64,000 nt of DNA from Vicugna vicugna (Eukaryota): NCBI GenBank assembly GCA_013265495.1, contig MU057651.1:1747674-1811673 (forward strand), given 5' to 3'. The position numbers and the translations under genes were made by a program. Positions 12,404-25,400 of the stretch are shown here, in pieces. Numbering within the stretch: position 1 is the first letter of the stretch; each line of letters starts with the position of its first letter. The notes under the pieces are model-generated. The model had not been told where the DNA came from. It saw only the letters and a program-made list of their open reading frames with translations, and searched no databases.

Positions 12404-14225
12404 ACAGAAATAATGTATTCCACTGTTAAAGTGAGAGCCATCTGCTCTGCAAAGGAGAATGAATTGAAATTTATATGGAAAATTGACTGGAACTCAACTC
12501 AAAGGAAACCTCAGAAAGTAATTAATAAAAGGCATGGGCCTCTTAGCCACGGTCACCAAGCTGATGTGGCAGTCCTGATTTACAGAGACAAAAGGAAAAG
12601 CCAAAATCTTGGTTTAAGTTGATTGAGGCTCTGTCAAGAAAGCAGTCACGTGAACGAACGTGTCACCAGAGCCTTGTCTGTTTAGTGGCCCATGGGGTAC
12701 GTTCCTCCTATGAGTGCAGTGACCTTGGAAAGTCTCCTTTTTGGTGGGCCTGGTCTGCATTCTCCTCTTAGACCAAGTGTCCAGGGGTAAGTGACACAGA
12801 GCCCACGGTGGACACCCGAGGTGGTGAGCGCCACAGAGAATTAGTGAGGCTCTACATGTTAGCCTTGTGGCCTCAGCTGTCAAACACTCAGACCTATATT
12901 TGGTGCTTTTTCCCAGTGACCAGCTGTTTCCTGCTCACCTTTTTTTTTTTTTTTTGACACAGTGATTTCTTTCTTCCTTGTCTGGTTTATTCCATTAACT
13001 CATAAACCGTCTGTTTTTTCCCTCCAAGCTCTTACTTTGTGGCCTCGATTTGATCACTTCGTTATACTGGTACCTTTTATTACAAGCTACCTAAAATTGA
13101 TGGGAATTCCGTTGAGTGTCAACAGCAGAGGAATAAATGAACACGTATCAGAATGGTTGATGCTGGCGTTCCTAAATTTTACTCCAACTTACACGACCCA
13201 TAAGAGTTCTGTCATCTGCGTGTGAGAGGAAAAATTTTCCCATGAAAAATTCTGTAGCCAAGTAAATTGCAGAAAAAGCCAGAGAGAGCCCTGTTTAACA
13301 GGTGTTTTTGCTACAGCTCTTCCAAGATGCATCCTCTGGTGTGCATGCTTGGGTCACAGCGGGGCAGATAAGACGTAGCATTCCCTGCAAATTACATGAC
13401 TAAAGTGGCCCTTTGGGGGGCACCTGTGTACTTGGGCACGTGCTTTGAGAAAAGCTGGTCCACATGTGGGGAGTCCGGCTATCTCAGGGGACAGAGTCGA
13501 GGTGGAATTCGTAGATGTCCAGACACTGCTCTGGCAAGGTTGGCCCAGAGGAGATGCAGGCAGAGGGGTGTGGGAGGAAGGCTCCCACCCAAGGCTGGTT
13601 CTCTGGTTCACTGTTTTTTTTTTTTTTTTGCCAGATGGTGAAATATTTCCTTCTCTTTAAACTGATAGGTGCCATGCAAAAGTCCCAGGTCTGCAGGACT
13701 ATATCCATGCACGTGTATTGGTATTAAATACCCCGTGGCTCTCCAGCCTCCAACAATGGTCCAAGGTTAGTCTCCTTCTGAGAAAGGAGACTTTACTTTG
13801 AACAGAGATGCCTTTGAGAGCCACGAGGGGAAGCTGGCTTTAGGCACTGAGGGAAGAAACACATTCCTCTGAGCTTCCTTGCTTACCCTCCGACTCTCTT
13901 CTGGTTCACCGCATGCAGGACCACCCCAGTGAAAACATGTTTTTCCCTTTTCAGTCAGTCCTTCCGAATCGGCTCGAACTTACACACAGGAAAGGATGTG
14001 AAGTTTCCCGAATAGAACTGATGGCAAAGGGCACAGTGGGATTCTGGTGTAATTCTGAAATATAGCTGACTCTTAAAAGAGATTTGAGAAACCAGGACAT
14101 ATTTGAGAAAGCCCAGAGATAATCCATTAAAAAAAGTGAAAGCCAGGAAGAGTCACTTTACTGTCAGCAAACCCGCGTGGGGTTATAAACAAGTCTCTGC
14201 TCTATGTCTTTGGAAACAATTCCAG

Positions 14226-14344
14226 AAGTGTCCGAACGGAAGTGTCCGGGCGCCCTACCTGGCCAACCGCCTGGGCCACAGGCTGCTGAATCTCTCGGCC
14301 TTGCGCCTGGAGGAGTATTTGCTGGCGCCGACTGAGAAACCCAG
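14226..14344 (+). CDS. ABCA13: ABCA13 exon 4/17 ([40 protein letters not shown])
   Basis: ttccag|AAG ... CCCAG|gtgagc; 119 nt, phase 0 to 2; ABCA 'L.NLS....YL' motif. Confidence 0.92.
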
Positions 14345-14580
14345 GTGAGCTCAGAACAGTCCCAGGTCTTTCCCGCTTCTTCACATTACTGGGGAAGTCC
14401 TATTGTTTCAGATGCTGATGTTCTTAAAAACCCTAAAGTCTCATAACCCTGATGCTCATAAAAATTCCAAAGAAATGCTGCAGGTCTTCATAAGATTCTC
14501 ACCAGTGACTTTCACTCATGCCACATCTCTGGGATGAAGGGATGGACGGATGGATGAGTTAAGTTGAGTTAGGTGGGAAC

Positions 14581-14970
14581 GTGTCCTTATGCCTTTGCCC
14601 CACTGTCTGCTGAGCACAGGGCCACTATATGGTGGACATTTGGTCACCAGTCTCCTCTTATCCAGAGACTGGGAGACAGAGTTAAATATGGGCTGTTCTT
14701 TCCAATATCCAGTATTTTTTGAAGCTTAGTGAGCGCCAGGCACTACACAGCCCGTGGGATCTGGAGACAAAGATGTGTCCTTATGCCTTTGCCCCCAATG
14801 TCTGCTGAGCACAGGGCCACTATATGGTGGATGTTTGGTCACCAGTCTCCTCTTATCCAGAGACCTGGAGACAGAGTTAAATATGGGCTGTTCTTTCCAA
14901 TATCCAGTATTTTTTGAAGCTTAGTGAGCGCCAGGCACTACACAGCCCGTGGGATCTGGAGACAAAGGAT
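14581..14970. repeat. tandem duplication, two copies of a ~194-bp unit
   Basis: Copy 1 is 14581-14774 and copy 2 is 14775-~14970; I count 5 substitutions and one 1-nt indel. Confidence 0.95.
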
Positions 14971-15159
14971 GTCATCCCCACCCAGGGAAAAACTCACAGA
15001 GCTGCACGAAAGATAAAGTAGCAAAAAGACAATTAAAACCCACGGTAGTGATTGACACAGTAAATGGAAATGTAGGGTATTGTGAGAACCCCAAAGAGAA
15101 GGAAATTTACCCCAACTGAACTGCTCTCGGGTGCCTTCCTGAATGGGGCAATGAATAAC

Positions 15160-15602
15160 AAGTTGATTTGGAAAGCCAGGAAACTGAGAAGATGGGGGGA
15201 GGCTAATGTTCTGGAGAACCATCTTCCCCAAGTCAGAACCCAGGCTCCTTTTATACTAAAAAGGGGAGGGGGTGTGGTTGGTTGTTGCAAACTTCTGGGT
15301 GCATGAATCCTTTGTTCTTGCAGCTGTGCCCCGGGGCCAGGTCACGGTGCCCCTGCAAACCTCCAGCAAAACAAATGTTATTTTCTGTTCTGCAACTTTT
15401 TATCCCTCTTAACACTGGGAAAGTGTTCTATCCTTAAAGGCCAGAGCCTTGAGGATGGGCTCTCCAGTCTGTTTCAGGCTCGAGGCAGCATTCTGTTACA
15501 AAAGGTGCAGAAGCAGCATGAGTCAGCACAGGAAACAGAGCCCAGGGTCAGAGCCAAAGGAACCGATCTGATACAGAGTCAGATATGTTATGCCCTGCTG
15601 CA
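15160..15602 (-). mobile_element. ERV LTR fragment
   Basis: gaaagccagg...aaccatcttcccc...ttttatactaaaaaggggagg...gccctgctgca parallels the element at 60645-61115. Confidence 0.55.
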
Positions 15603-16065
15603 CTAACACAACATTGTAAATCAGCCGTGCTTCAATACAAAAAAAAAAAGATACAGGAAGACAAAACAATTTCAGACAGGGTAACTCAGAAGAGCATGAG
15701 ACACTGAGTGATTCAGGGAGTCCATTGGTAAGAGGAATGACCAGGAATTAAATTACCCACCGTGCAGGTGATCACGCCGGGCCCTGTGCATGGTGTATGT
15801 TTCCTAACAAGATGCTATGTTCTGAGCAGCTCATATTTGAATGTGGCAGGCTTTGTCCATCCCTTCTAAATAAGCAGGGCTGTCCTTGGATGCCTGCCTT
15901 GCAAGCCAGGCCCTTCCTTCTGCAGGCTGAGCCCTGGTGTGGCCACGTCGGAACCCAGAGAGTCAGCTGGCTGCCATACTAAGGCCAATATACCCAGGGC
16001 AACAGGTGACAGGTGACGGCTGCCCTCCGTGATTCAAGCACTAACACCGTGTTCGCTGTTTCTAG

Positions 16066-16147
16066 GCTCGGAGGCTGGTCTTTTGGAGTGAGCAGCCCCG
16101 ATCAAGATGCAAATTCAAATATATCGAAACCAAAAACTCTGGCAAAG
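16066..16147 (+). CDS. ABCA13: ABCA13 exon 5/17 (LGGWSFGVSSPDQDANSNISKPKTLAK)
   Basis: ctaac branch-like motif, tttctag|G ... AAG|gtaacg; 82 nt, phase 2 to 0; ABCA 'R.GG.S.G' motif. Confidence 0.92.
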
Positions 16148-18354
16148 GTAACGGTTTTTCTCTCTTTTCTTTTTTCCCTGTTTTAGTAAGCTTTCAGGGG
16201 AACTTGTGTTTTGCAAATGCATTTGAGGGTACAAGAGGAGTCACATGCAGTCCCGGAGTCTGTCACTGTGAAATAAAGCCAGTTGTCCGTAAACACTGTC
16301 TTGAAAGAGGAAATGGAGTGTTTTCCTTCAGGATGTCTCAGAATAGATAAAATAGGTCACTGTTCTTTGTTGAGACTGGAATTCACCGAATAGGTTTAAG
16401 CAAATGAGAAAATCGTCTATTTTTAAAGACACTGACCATCAAGATGAGAGGGAGCAGGGCTGGTGTCCCTGGAGATCTTCCATACTTAAATTCCTCATCT
16501 TCCCGAGCGCTGGATGGACCCCGAGCTGAAACCAGGACCATAGTGACCACACAGGGACTCAGATGTTCCAGCCCTGCTGGACTATCCATAGTAATTAGGA
16601 AGGGACGGGAGGAAATGAGGACTGGGATAGAGGAAAGACGCCTTTATCCACCAGTCGGAGCTAGGAGGTGGTGAGTCATGACAGGTTTTTCTAATGGAAG
16701 AAGTCAGTGCCAACTTAAGGTGGGGAAAGAACCAAAGTGTTCGGTCTCTGCGATTGGGGGAATAGCCTGGGGTTGGTCCTGCTGGAGAGAGACATTGGGG
16801 AACAGTAGATCATGGGAGTGATGTGTCTCCTTGCAAACCTGTCATGGAACTAATGACACAAGGTCAGACAGCATGAGACCGGGAAGGTGGTCACCTGTCC
16901 TGCCTCATGGTGGGGGCTTCCGTGGCTCCTGGGGACGCAGAAGTGCTTATCAGGATACGGGTCTGTGCAGATTGGAGTTTCACTCAGTGGAATAAAGTTT
17001 CCTTACAAAGGTTTTTCACAGCATAATCCTCGATGAAAATGCTGACATTCATACTTCACGGTGGACTCCCTGAAGGAAGTTTTAACAGTCGTATTTCACA
17101 AAGTCACGCCTGATGAAAAATACAAGTCAGTGTGTAGGCTGTTCAGAAACCCCTCCTGCAGCTCAGGTTGGTTCAGACCTGTCTGCCCTGGCCGGCAGCC
17201 CCTGTGAGAAGACACACACAGCTCAGTATGAGAGTACCAAGACTGTTGGAAAAATAACCTAATGTGCACTTGCCGGTTTTTTGAACACATGGCGTGGCTG
17301 TTATTAACACGGACTTAGTTTGTAGAAGGAGTCTGTTCATTTCGTCTAAGGACATTTTGCCTTTTTCATCTTTGCACATCCCAGGCCTTCTGACTGGCGG
17401 TGAGCCATCGTGTCTTCCTTCGCTTTCAGGGACCCAGGGCACGGTCCCCACGGCACACGTGGTTCGCGTGTATCCCTGACACCTGCTCCTGTCCGTCTCT
17501 GCTTGTCTTCCGTGTTGACATGTTTGAGTTGTGACTTCCGCAGGTTTTGATGTTGGACGTGTGCTTCGCTGGCCGTGGAGGCGACGTGCATCCGGCCCTT
17601 TGGGGAGGGGGCTTCTCAGGGAGCCGAGAAGTCGCAACACCCACGTCGGGCTGTGAAGGGCATCGGTTGTCAGAAATTCCTCTAACCTTCCAGCCATTAA
17701 CCACCAGCCTTTCATGTTGGCCTTTGCAGTGCATTCACAGAGTGTGCAATTTTCATAGTTTATTTTTTTAAGGCGAAAAAGGGAAACTGGCACAGGACTG
17801 GGCTGGCGATTAATAAATCCGCTATGTTGTAGACTGTCGCTCGTGGAAACTTTACGGGCGATTTCGTTCACATCTGGAGCATCTTGCTTGTTTAATCAAA
17901 ACGCTCTCTAGAATGTGTACACTTCACTTAAAAAGACCAAACACATTTCCCTCCTGGTGTTTGGCATTCCTTCTGTTCCCAGACAGAATTTTATGCATTT
18001 GAATAGCCTTCAAGTAGTTTTTTATTTTTTTTCTGTCTCTTTTTCTTACTGCTACATAGTTGCTTTTCTGAGGAACTGTTGTTACTCAGGATTCCTGACG
18101 TGAAAGGTCTGTTTTGTGGAGCCATAATATGTTCCTGAAAGGAGATTAACTTCCTCCCTCAGTGACTGCATTTTGCTGCCTTCTGACTTCTGGGCTGGCC
18201 GGAAGGAAACCCCAGAATTTATTTCCAGAGCTTTTAGAAAGACATTCTGGGGAGAGAAGAAAAGGAAAAAAAAAAAAGAAAAGAAAAAGAGAAAAAGCTC
18301 TTCCTTGGAACTCTTCTCAATCTTAATTGTTGACATAAAGAGCATCCTCATCCT

Positions 18355-18455
18355 GGGGGCGGGCGGTGTAGCTCGGTGGTGGAGCACGTGCTCGGCGTGA
18401 ACAAGCCAGGTCCTGGCAATCCCTGGTAACTCCATTAAAAAAGATTAAAAAAAGA
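18355..18455 (+). mobile_element. degenerate tRNA-derived SINE (Vic-1-like)
   Basis: GGTGTAGCTCGGTGGTGGAGCACGTGCT...GGTCCTGG...ATCCC then an A-rich tail; B box damaged. Confidence 0.7.
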
Positions 18456-19049
18456 TCATTCCAAAGTATGTATTGTTCACTTAATGTGTAGCAAATTTCT
18501 CGCAAGTCAAGGCCAGTCTACAGAAGAACTGAAATGACGTTCAGACGGCCCCTTGAGCCTCCGAGTCAATCAGCCATTTCCCAAATGGTACAGACAGCCA
18601 CCTCCGTCAGGACCACCTGCCTCTGGCCTTCATTCAACTGGCGAATCTGTAGGCGGGGGCCCGGGGGGCCGTGGCAACCTCCCTACCCCGGTGTCGGGGG
18701 GGCGTGCTCCCCAACTTGACCCCTGTCCTGGTCCCCAGAGTGTCCCCACTGCCATGTTCTCAGTGGCCCTCGGTCTGCTTTCTGCCTGGCACTTCTTCCA
18801 TCATCCTCGATGGCCACAGGGGAAGATGCTCCTGGAAGTAGCCCACGTGAGCGGCCTCTCAGCCCGCCTCCTGCCCGTGGAGAGCCGGCCTCCCAGAGCC
18901 TGGTTGGTCCAGTTTGGCCGCGCCCTGAGATGTAGCTCCCTGGGGGCTCCCCAGATTCCATCCATCCCTTCCTTCCTTCCTTCCTCCTTCCCTTTTTTTT
19001 TTGGAGGGGGAAGGAGGTAATTTTGTTTTCCATTTATTTATTTTTTCTT

Positions 19050-19260
19050 GTTTTTTATCAAAGTGTAGTCAATGGACCATGTTAGTTTCAAGCATACAGC
19101 GAAACAATTCAGTTATACACATACATACACTTTTTTTTTCAGATTCTTTTCCATTACAGCTTTCTACAAGAAATGGAATATAGTTCCCTGTACTGTACAG
19201 TAGGTCCTTGTTGTTTATCTGTTTTATGTGTAGTCCTGTGTGTCTGTTAATCCCAGACTC
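19050..19260 (-). mobile_element. L1 3'-UTR fragment
   Basis: cagattcttttccattacag...atagttccctgtactgtacagtaggtccttgttgtttatct. Confidence 0.85.
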
Positions 19261-19269
19261 TTTGCGATC

Positions 19270-19361
19270 ATTTCTTTCTTTTTCGGTGGAAGTGCTGGGG
19301 ATTGAACCCAGGACCTCGTGCGTGCTGAGTACATGCTCCACCGCTGAGCTGTACCCTCCCC
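19270..19361 (-). mobile_element. tRNA-derived SINE (Vic-1-like)
   Basis: ctggggattgaacccaggacctcgtgcgtgctgagtacatgctccaccgctgagctgtaccctcccc, same family as 10-132. Confidence 0.85.
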
Positions 19362-21137
19362 AACGCTGGGTTTTCTGTTTATCTAACTGGGGTCCTTCAG
19401 CCGCACTCACGATTCTTGTCAGGATGTGCTGCACCCTCTAAAAGTAATCGTGGGCATTTTGAGAATGTCACGTTCTCCAGGTGACACCACTTAAGTCCCC
19501 AGAAGCCCTCGTGCCCCCCGACAGTGTCGCTTAGCACCGTCCTTCCTTCAGCAGCCTTCACGGAGCTTCTCACTGCCCAGCCGTGCCTTGTGACTTGGCG
19601 TCTGTTCTGGGGCGTCCCTGCCGACATCTGGGCCTGAGGTCTGCATGCCTGGGTCAGGAGGTTCGCCGGCTGCTGGCCTCGGCGGGGCTGGCGGCGGGGG
19701 ACCCACTTCTGTTCCTGTGTCTGCACGTTGCCATGGTGACGGCAGAGGCACCCGAGGGGCTGCCAGGATGGACCAGCGCCTTCCAGACCTCTGCCGGTGT
19801 CACACCCCGCCGGCCAAAACAAGCCACGTGGCTGAGCCCAGGCTCAGGGTCGGGGTGGGGTGGGGGGGCTTCAAAGTCAGACAGCAGAGGGTGAGGATGC
19901 CGGGAAGGCGAGGAAACCGGGCTGTACACGCCACCCAGCACGAGAGGGCCCCCCGCCTCCACTCCACCACAGCTGCTCCCCTGCACGTCTGTATTTTTGC
20001 ACAGTGTCATTTTTAAGCTGAAAAAAGAAATCACCCCACTTTTTAAACAAAAATTAAAACCAAATGAAACAACGCAATGTTTGAAAACCGCCGATCTGGG
20101 GCAGAGACTGGCATTGCCTTTCAGATTTGTTTCCCTCCAGTTAAACAGTTCAAGGGAGCCAAGATGTGGGGGGAGAGGAAGGTCATGGCCGGTGGGACCA
20201 GGAGGTTCCAGTTTCCATCAGCAGTTTTTCTACTGCGTCAGACCATCAAGCCGTCCCTTGACTTAAGCATATTCTCAAGTTCATCTCGTTTCCAGGAATC
20301 TGCTGGTACTTGTGTCCAGCACTCCTGTAAGGGTGTGTGTGAGCCTGCAGGGAGCGGGGAGGTCCAGGGGCAGCACAGGTTGGGGTGAAGGTCGCTGTGC
20401 GGGGTCCAGGAGGTGCCGACACCCTCCAGCCTGTGACTCAGCGGGCTTCTCCATCCAAGGAACCCAGGCTTTCCCCTACTTCGCAGGATCGTGTGTCTAG
20501 ATGACAGCACGCTTGTGAACTTGTGAATTCACACGTGGGTCTTAACATTTTTCTTTGTTGACGACCTCCTTGGGTCTCCTTGGGCACAGGCTAGGGTGTC
20601 CAGGAGGCCCTGGCTTCTGTGGTTAGCAGGGCTCGAGTGGCGTTTCTTCCTCCTTGGGGCTCAGAAAGTGACTGCTAAGGATTCCTCTACGAACCTAAGA
20701 AAATATTTGAAGAAAGGAGAGCGTGGTGATTGGGTATGAAAGAAAGAGATGAGGGGTCTGCTTTCTGAATTGCTTAAGAAGTGGGCCATGTGAGAAAGAA
20801 CTGGGGAGCGTTGTCTTGTGTGGACAAGGTGTTGTTGTGAACGATAGCGTTTGGTACTCTGCTGCCCCCGTGAACCCAGGAGCTGCCACACAGGACCCTG
20901 GTTCAGAAGAACTGGTCACCGTGTGATGAACTGGGGAGTCCGTGGGAATCATGCGCTTGAGATCAGGTCCTCAGTTTGTAGAAACTGTGAGAACGTGCCC
21001 AAGCAGGAACTTCCTAGGGGAGCAGCTCTCGTTCTGCAGAGAAGACCGTCTGTCACAAAAGAGCATTTCCAGGGAAACGAACTCTCCCATCAGATGAACT
21101 CAGAGCAAAGTTTGCCAGTTGACTTATGATGCTCTTC

Positions 21138-21480
21138 TTTTTTAAATTGAAGTATGTATAGTCAGTTATAAAGTGTCAGTTACAATGTGTCGGTTGCAAT
21201 ATTGTCAGTTACAATGTGCCGGTTACAACGTGTCAGTTATGTGTCGGTTACAATGTGTCAGTTACATGCCGTCAGTTACAACGTGTCGGTTACAACCTGT
21301 CAGTTACAACATGCCAGTTACAACATGTCAGTTGCAATGTGTCGGTTACAACGTGTCAGATGCTGGTGCACAGCGTCATGCTTCAGTCTTGCATATACAT
21401 ATTCTTTGCAGATTCTTTTTCATTATAAATTACTACAAAATAGTGAATATAGTTCCCTGTGCTGTACAGAAGAAATTTCT
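21138..21480 (-). mobile_element. L1 3' tail containing an internal 14-bp tandem array
   Basis: ttttttaaattgaagta...[array]...ctggtgcacagc...atagttccctgtgctgtacagaag. Confidence 0.85.
21161..21359. repeat. minisatellite, 14 copies plus a partial copy of a ~14-bp unit GTCRGTTACAAYGT
   Basis: Units start at 21161, 21175, 21189, 21204, 21218, 21232, 21243, 21257, 21271, 21285, 21299, 21313, 21327, 21341 and (partial) 21355. Confidence 0.95.
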
Positions 21481-22150
21481 TTTTTTATCAGTTTATTATG
21501 CTCTTAAAGACGCTCACCCACATTCCAAACTGAGTGTACTTTAGAAAATTTTTCACTGAAATATCAATAGTTTGAAATATAGGTACGGATGGTTCAATTA
21601 GTACTTTTTATGCTACTTAACACCGCAGCTTTAATAACATTATCTGTCCCTCAATTTCTCCTCCTCTTTTGTCCCATCTCATGCTCCTCTATTCTCCTTG
21701 CTTGGCAAATGTTCAGTTCAATTTATTTTGTGAAATGATGTTCCAGATTCAGTTGTTAATTTGAAGGTAATCATTTTTTTCTTCTTCTTATCGTTTCCAT
21801 GCTCTTAACTTGCAGGTCAAATTTCATTAGCCTGCTGACTGAGAAAGGAAAAAAGAAAGATGCAGGGCTCGCCTCCCTGTTTGGCTGTGAGAATAGAATT
21901 CCAGATCAGCAGTCATGTTTGCCGTGCTGGGGGAAATGGGTCTATTTCTAGCTGTCCATTGCGGGCTGGAGATAACTATGCAATTAGCAGGTGGGAATTT
22001 ACTGCAGTGTGTCAGCCACGGAGGGACGTCATTTGAGGCTGGGATTCAGGGGACGTGGAGGCCGACATGTCTTCCTTGTGTCCAAGGGTCACTGACGAGG
22101 GGACTCCAGACTGATGTCCCGAGGGCCATTACGTTCTCTTTGCTCTCTAG

Positions 22151-22259
22151 GTGTGGTATAATCAGAAGGACTTCCATTCCCTCCCGTCCTATCTAAACCA
22201 CCTGAACAACCTCGTCCTGTGGAGGCTCCTACCCCCCACCGTGGACTCGAGACAGTACG
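22151..22259 (+). CDS. ABCA13: ABCA13 exon 6/17 ([36 protein letters not shown])
   Basis: ctctctag|GTG ... TACG|gtaatg; 109 nt, phase 0 to 1; ABCA 'VW.N...H....LN..NN..L' motif. Confidence 0.95.
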
Positions 22260-23189
22260 GTAATGTGATTTTTTTTTTATTATTCCTTATAATTCACTAC
22301 TTTCAGAGATGGTGTTGTAAACAGTGAAAGACACGGACTAAATTCTGAATAGATGTGGAGAGTAATCGGGAGGTTCCACCTGGCAGCCAGTCGGTACAGA
22401 AATCCACCAACGTGGAGGCCCTTTTGTAAGGGGAGTGGGTGCTGGGTGCAATCAGGTGACCGATTGGAAGGTTGCTGCCTACAGTGTAGACATAGCCCAG
22501 GCAAGGCTGGGATGAACCTGGGGCCCCAAAAATGAAGTTACAACGTCCAAACAGAGGGGAGAAGAGGTGGAGGTTTTGGGGGGATGGGGAAAGGAAAGGA
22601 AAAGAGAGATCTGACCACTAGAAGTTTAGAGAGAAGGCTTACAGGATTAAAATATAAATCTGAGCTTTGAGAATGAATGACAGTGTTCAACACTGATGAC
22701 GCAGAAAATAATTCAGGAGAAATGGGCGTCTTCCGAGGAGGGAGCAAAGGGAGGGAGGGTTGGAGTTGGAGTCACACATTAGATGCAGGTAAATACGCAG
22801 AAAACCAGAGAGAGAAGTCCAGCAGAGCGGTCGTGAGTAGGAACCACGCTGCCTTAACCGTAACGAAGATGGTGGATTTCAGTGGGTCCTCGAGGGAGCC
22901 AGTCTTCCAACGATCAGACCGAGACATGGAACGCAAGAAGGCCGTGGGCGGAAGGGTGGGGAGCTGGCAGAGAACCGGAAAACAACAGCACAGTTTCCCA
23001 GAATCGTTAGGAAGAAAGGTAACCCAGTGAAGGAGCTCGTGGCCTCCTTGCAGCTGGTAAGATGGAAATGTCGAGAGGCGGAGCTCGGCCCAGGAGGGGC
23101 GAGGTGCAGAGAGGTTGGCTGAGGGATTTAAGGCAGATACACTCTGCTTTGTGGAAGGTTAGCCACGAAGGCGCATGAGAGGAGAAAGC

Positions 23190-23211
23190 GTGTGTGTGTG
23201 TGTGTGTGTGT
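23190..23211. repeat. (GT)n microsatellite
   Basis: About 11 GT units. Confidence 0.9.
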
Positions 23212-25209
23212 CTAAGATAAAGAGGAACAGTGTTGCCCAGACCTCAGATCTCCATCATTCGGGTCTTGTCTGCACTGTCTTCTGAGTTACCAGATTTTCC
23301 CGGTCCCGTCATGTCCTGAAAGGGCGGAACTTTTTGTTCGTTTGCTGAAAAGCTGTGTTGACTTGAAAAAAGCCGTTTATTCCCCGTGATTGTTTTTCAT
23401 CGCTTCTGTCTCTTTGTCGACCTTTCTTTTATTTTTCCCACATTTCAAAAGAATTCGTAATGACACGCTGAATTTTTTTATGTTTATGTTGCCTGTTGTC
23501 AGGTGATTCTAGCATTCCGATTCATCTTGACGTCAACGTCTGTGTGTCGTCTTTTCTCTTTCAAGTTGCGATTAGCTTAGTTCTAGCTGTGAAGGACGTT
23601 CTGCACTGAATCCTGGACACGCTGGTTGCCGTGTTGAGAGATTCCGAATCCTGCTACGTGTTCTTTTGCTGCTGTTCTGTTTCGTGTCCCAGCGGGCCAT
23701 CCTTGCTTTGAAGCACGGCACGAGCTGGATAGATGTGCGTGTTTACCTGGCCCGCTGATGCCGGCCTGGCTGAGTGGCGCCCTGCCCTACACCACCTTGG
23801 CTAGAGGGTGGGGCTCGGCTCTGCCCCTGAGTGTTGCTGACACATACGTTGCAAAATGAGGTACCACCTGCCCTGTCTCGTGGCTCCTGAGTGGGGGAAG
23901 TGCATGCACCCCCACAGCCCCCCGACACTAGGGGACAGGCAGTGTGGTAGCACCTTCCCCACCCCACGCGGCCTCCTTCAGTCTCGCAGATACCAGGTGG
24001 GATGGGGGCTCAGACCCCTCTGAGCCATATGACAGGGTGGAGGCTGGTGGTGGAACCCGAGTGCTAATGGCCCGACGCCACGTGGCCATGTCCAGTCCCG
24101 TTACTGCCAGGTGGGCGTGGGGGCTCAGCTCCTTGCGGGCCCCTCCCGATGGGCGGGGGCTGTGGAGGGTTGGCTGGTGACGGTCCCTGCCTCTCTGGGC
24201 CTCGCGGAGTCTCGCCATGGCCAGGTGGAGGAGAAGGCAAGGCTCCCCTGCAGACCCCCATGGGGAGACAGCCACCTGTCTGTCAGGTAGGGGGGAAAAT
24301 CAGCTTCCAGGGGGACCTGCTGAAACAGCAGAGGGCGTTTGGCTGGAGCCAAGAACGCTGTCTTCCATTGAGCCACCCTGTGCTGGGCCCTTTGACTTTC
24401 TTGGAGCTTCTTGTCTCTCCCTGGGGGCCGTTCCCATCTGGAGGCTTCTGCAGTCCGTGCCTGGGGTCTGTGGAAGCAGTAAGGAGACCAGGGAGTGCAC
24501 CAAAGTGTCCTTCCTCACGTCCCGAGGTCCCCAGGCAGCTGCTGCCTTCCTCCCGCCTGTCAGAATGTTCCTGGCCCTGCTGTTGTGTGACGTCCGGGGG
24601 CTTCGGTCCTGGCAGGACTGGGACAACTCCACTTGGAGGAACCAGAGTCAGTCTCTGACTTTCCAACCACTCAAAAGCCAGCAGGTCATGGAATCCTGCC
24701 TACAGAATATGACAAGAAAAATTCTGGACCTAGTGGAAGTATTGCTCATATAGTAAACAGGCCACAGAAACATCCTTGGATGGGAAGTGTCTGAAAAAAC
24801 GTACTGTTGACATTCCCAGGGGAAAAGGATGCCCAAAGGACAGGTGTTTGAGGAATTAATCAAAAGATCACAGAAGCAGTGAATCCACAGAATGAATAAA
24901 ATAACTTGGTGAATTTCGATTCTGGCAGAGCACATGGGTTATACAAATTTTGCACGAAGGAAGTGAAAAAAGTTAATTGATGGTCATGAATGACCCCATG
25001 AAAGAGAAGATACACAAGGTCAAATGTAACTCAGTCATAATTATGCATATTTAGAGAAAACCCTGGAAATTTTGAAATAATGGCTGGTCTTCCATTGGAT
25101 TATAATTTATTTTCATTTTATTCTTTACCCTGTTCTTTATTTAAAAGCTTTTTACAGTTGGCACCTACTAGTCAATAAATATAATAATTAATCTTAATAC
25201 TGAGGGGAA

Positions 25210-25400
25210 AAAACCACCTTTTTCCCCTCCCCACCCCACTTCCCCCTCTGGTAACCGTAAATTTGTTCTCTGTGTCTGTGAGTCTGTTTCTGTTCCGTCG
25301 ATGAGTTCACGTGTGTCCTTTTGTTTTGGATTCCACACGTAAGGGGGGAATCTTTTTCTGGCTGACTTCACTTGCAGTGACGGTCACGGAGGTCTCGGTG
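25210..25400 (-). mobile_element. L1 3' fragment (degenerate)
   Basis: cccctctggtaaccgtaaatttgttctctgtgtctgtgagtctgtttctgtt...gattccacacgtaag. Confidence 0.75.

Noticed and set aside
21161..21359. Repeat array as a CRISPR array or a repetitive protein (ORFs 21173-21544, 21187-21507)
   Set aside because: Contiguous 14-bp units with no unique spacers, in mammalian DNA, inside an L1 tail. The ORFs are by-products of the repeat.
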